A stretch of 64,000 bases of DNA from Diadema antillarum (lineage: Eukaryota): the NCBI RefSeq assembly GCF_040938485.1, contig NW_027271045.1:372001-436000 (forward strand), read 5' to 3'. This document shows, one piece after another, positions 63,218 through 64,000 of the stretch (positions are counted from its first letter, which is position 1; every line of letters starts with the position of its first letter). Position numbers and translations under genes: made by a program. The notes under the pieces were generated by a model. It was not told the DNA's origin, searched no databases, and saw only the letters and a list, made by a program, of their open reading frames with translations.

Positions 63218-63549
63218 CAGTTTATACACATTTGCTGCACATTTTCATAAACAAGTCCTGAATTTGTGATGTCATGACCTTTTCCATTCAGTAGAAGCAA
63301 TTATGGGCACAGGACCACATTTGGATGTCTAAAGGCATTTACTGATAGAATAACTTTGATTTTTTACATTGTGGGAAAAGCTACTATCATAACCGCATTG
63401 CATTTGTTTTGTGTTGTTTTGTTTTTGTTGTTTATTCTTGCAAAATGTTAAATCACTAGAAGTTACACTTGATTCAGTCTTGGCCAAATTTCAACATATA
63501 TCAGAAAGATTCAAATAATTTGTATATACTAGTTTGCCTAAGTACTTAC

Positions 63550-63704
63550 TATCACAACAAGTCTCCTCTCCTTAGCATTTTCCTGCCTCTCAATGAGATC
63601 TGCAAGGTCCTCCGTGGAGATGCCGCTGACCCTTGGGAATCTCTTTTTAACCCCACTCATGACCACCTGGAAGCCTAGAGAGGGAGTGGACGACGATTGA
63701 CCAC
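63550..63704 (-). CDS. Rhodanese-domain protein, most upstream exon found in the window
   Basis: Acceptor CCAACAG at 63705 (or a start at the internal ATG of MSGVKK); KKRFPRVSGISTEDLADLI...RLVVI; donor GTAAGT, phase 0, splicing to DVRP. Confidence 0.85.
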
Positions 63705-64000
63705 CTGTTGGAATTTTGGTAGGTAAATATGGAAACATTGCGATTAAATTAACAGGAATATGACATGAATAATTCAAGGCATTTGTAATGTGTCTGTTAT
63801 GTTGTTATTGTTTTCCTGCTGAAAATGGTGACTGCATGTACCATGTCTACAGTACGATCAGGGAGATGTCTATGCTAAAGAAGGAGAAGGTTATGACATA
63901 GCTGATGTTCATAGTTTGATAAGGTGTGGTCTGTGGGGGAGGGACTGCATGAGCTGTCGGTCACAAAGTTTTAACTTTTCTAGCCCTTGGCAGCCCTGTT

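Noticed and set aside
1-64000. tRNA, rRNA or prokaryotic defence system
   Set aside because: No cloverleaf or rRNA signatures seen (the tRNA-Leu match at 26023 is only a retroelement PBS); intron-exon structure and TE content show animal nuclear DNA.

Overview
Eukaryotic (animal) genomic DNA. It is AT-rich and CpG-depleted, with GT-AG introns and three N-gaps. The repeat families suggest a marine invertebrate deuterostome such as a sea urchin, but that is inference only. Two intact spliced genes face each other. (1) An 8-exon, 498-aa BEN-domain gene on + (229-17203); all seven intron phases are consistent. (2) A single-domain rhodanese/sulfurtransferase gene on - with four exons in the window (63704 to 55498, active-site loop CSLGYR); its 5' end is probably outside the window. 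Between them (about 26-54 kb) lies a dense graveyard of decayed transposons: three Gypsy fragments, a Mutator/Phantom-like element, an EnSpm-type SAMD3-like exon, two piggyBac transposases, an AcademH-like RecQ helicase, a Harbinger Myb/SANT exon, and a Kolobok element (P2X7-ballast-like KolX with a triplicated first exon, plus a DDE transposase). Nearly all recognisable coding TE fragments lie on the + strand, antisense to the rhodanese transcription direction, which resembles a uni-strand piRNA-cluster architecture (hypothesis). Many MITEs, a Helentron-type element rich in RGGTCA half-sites, and tandem duplications fill the introns. No rRNA, tRNA or CRISPR array was recognised. All family assignments come from remembered motifs, not database searches; repeat coordinates marked approximate are by eye.
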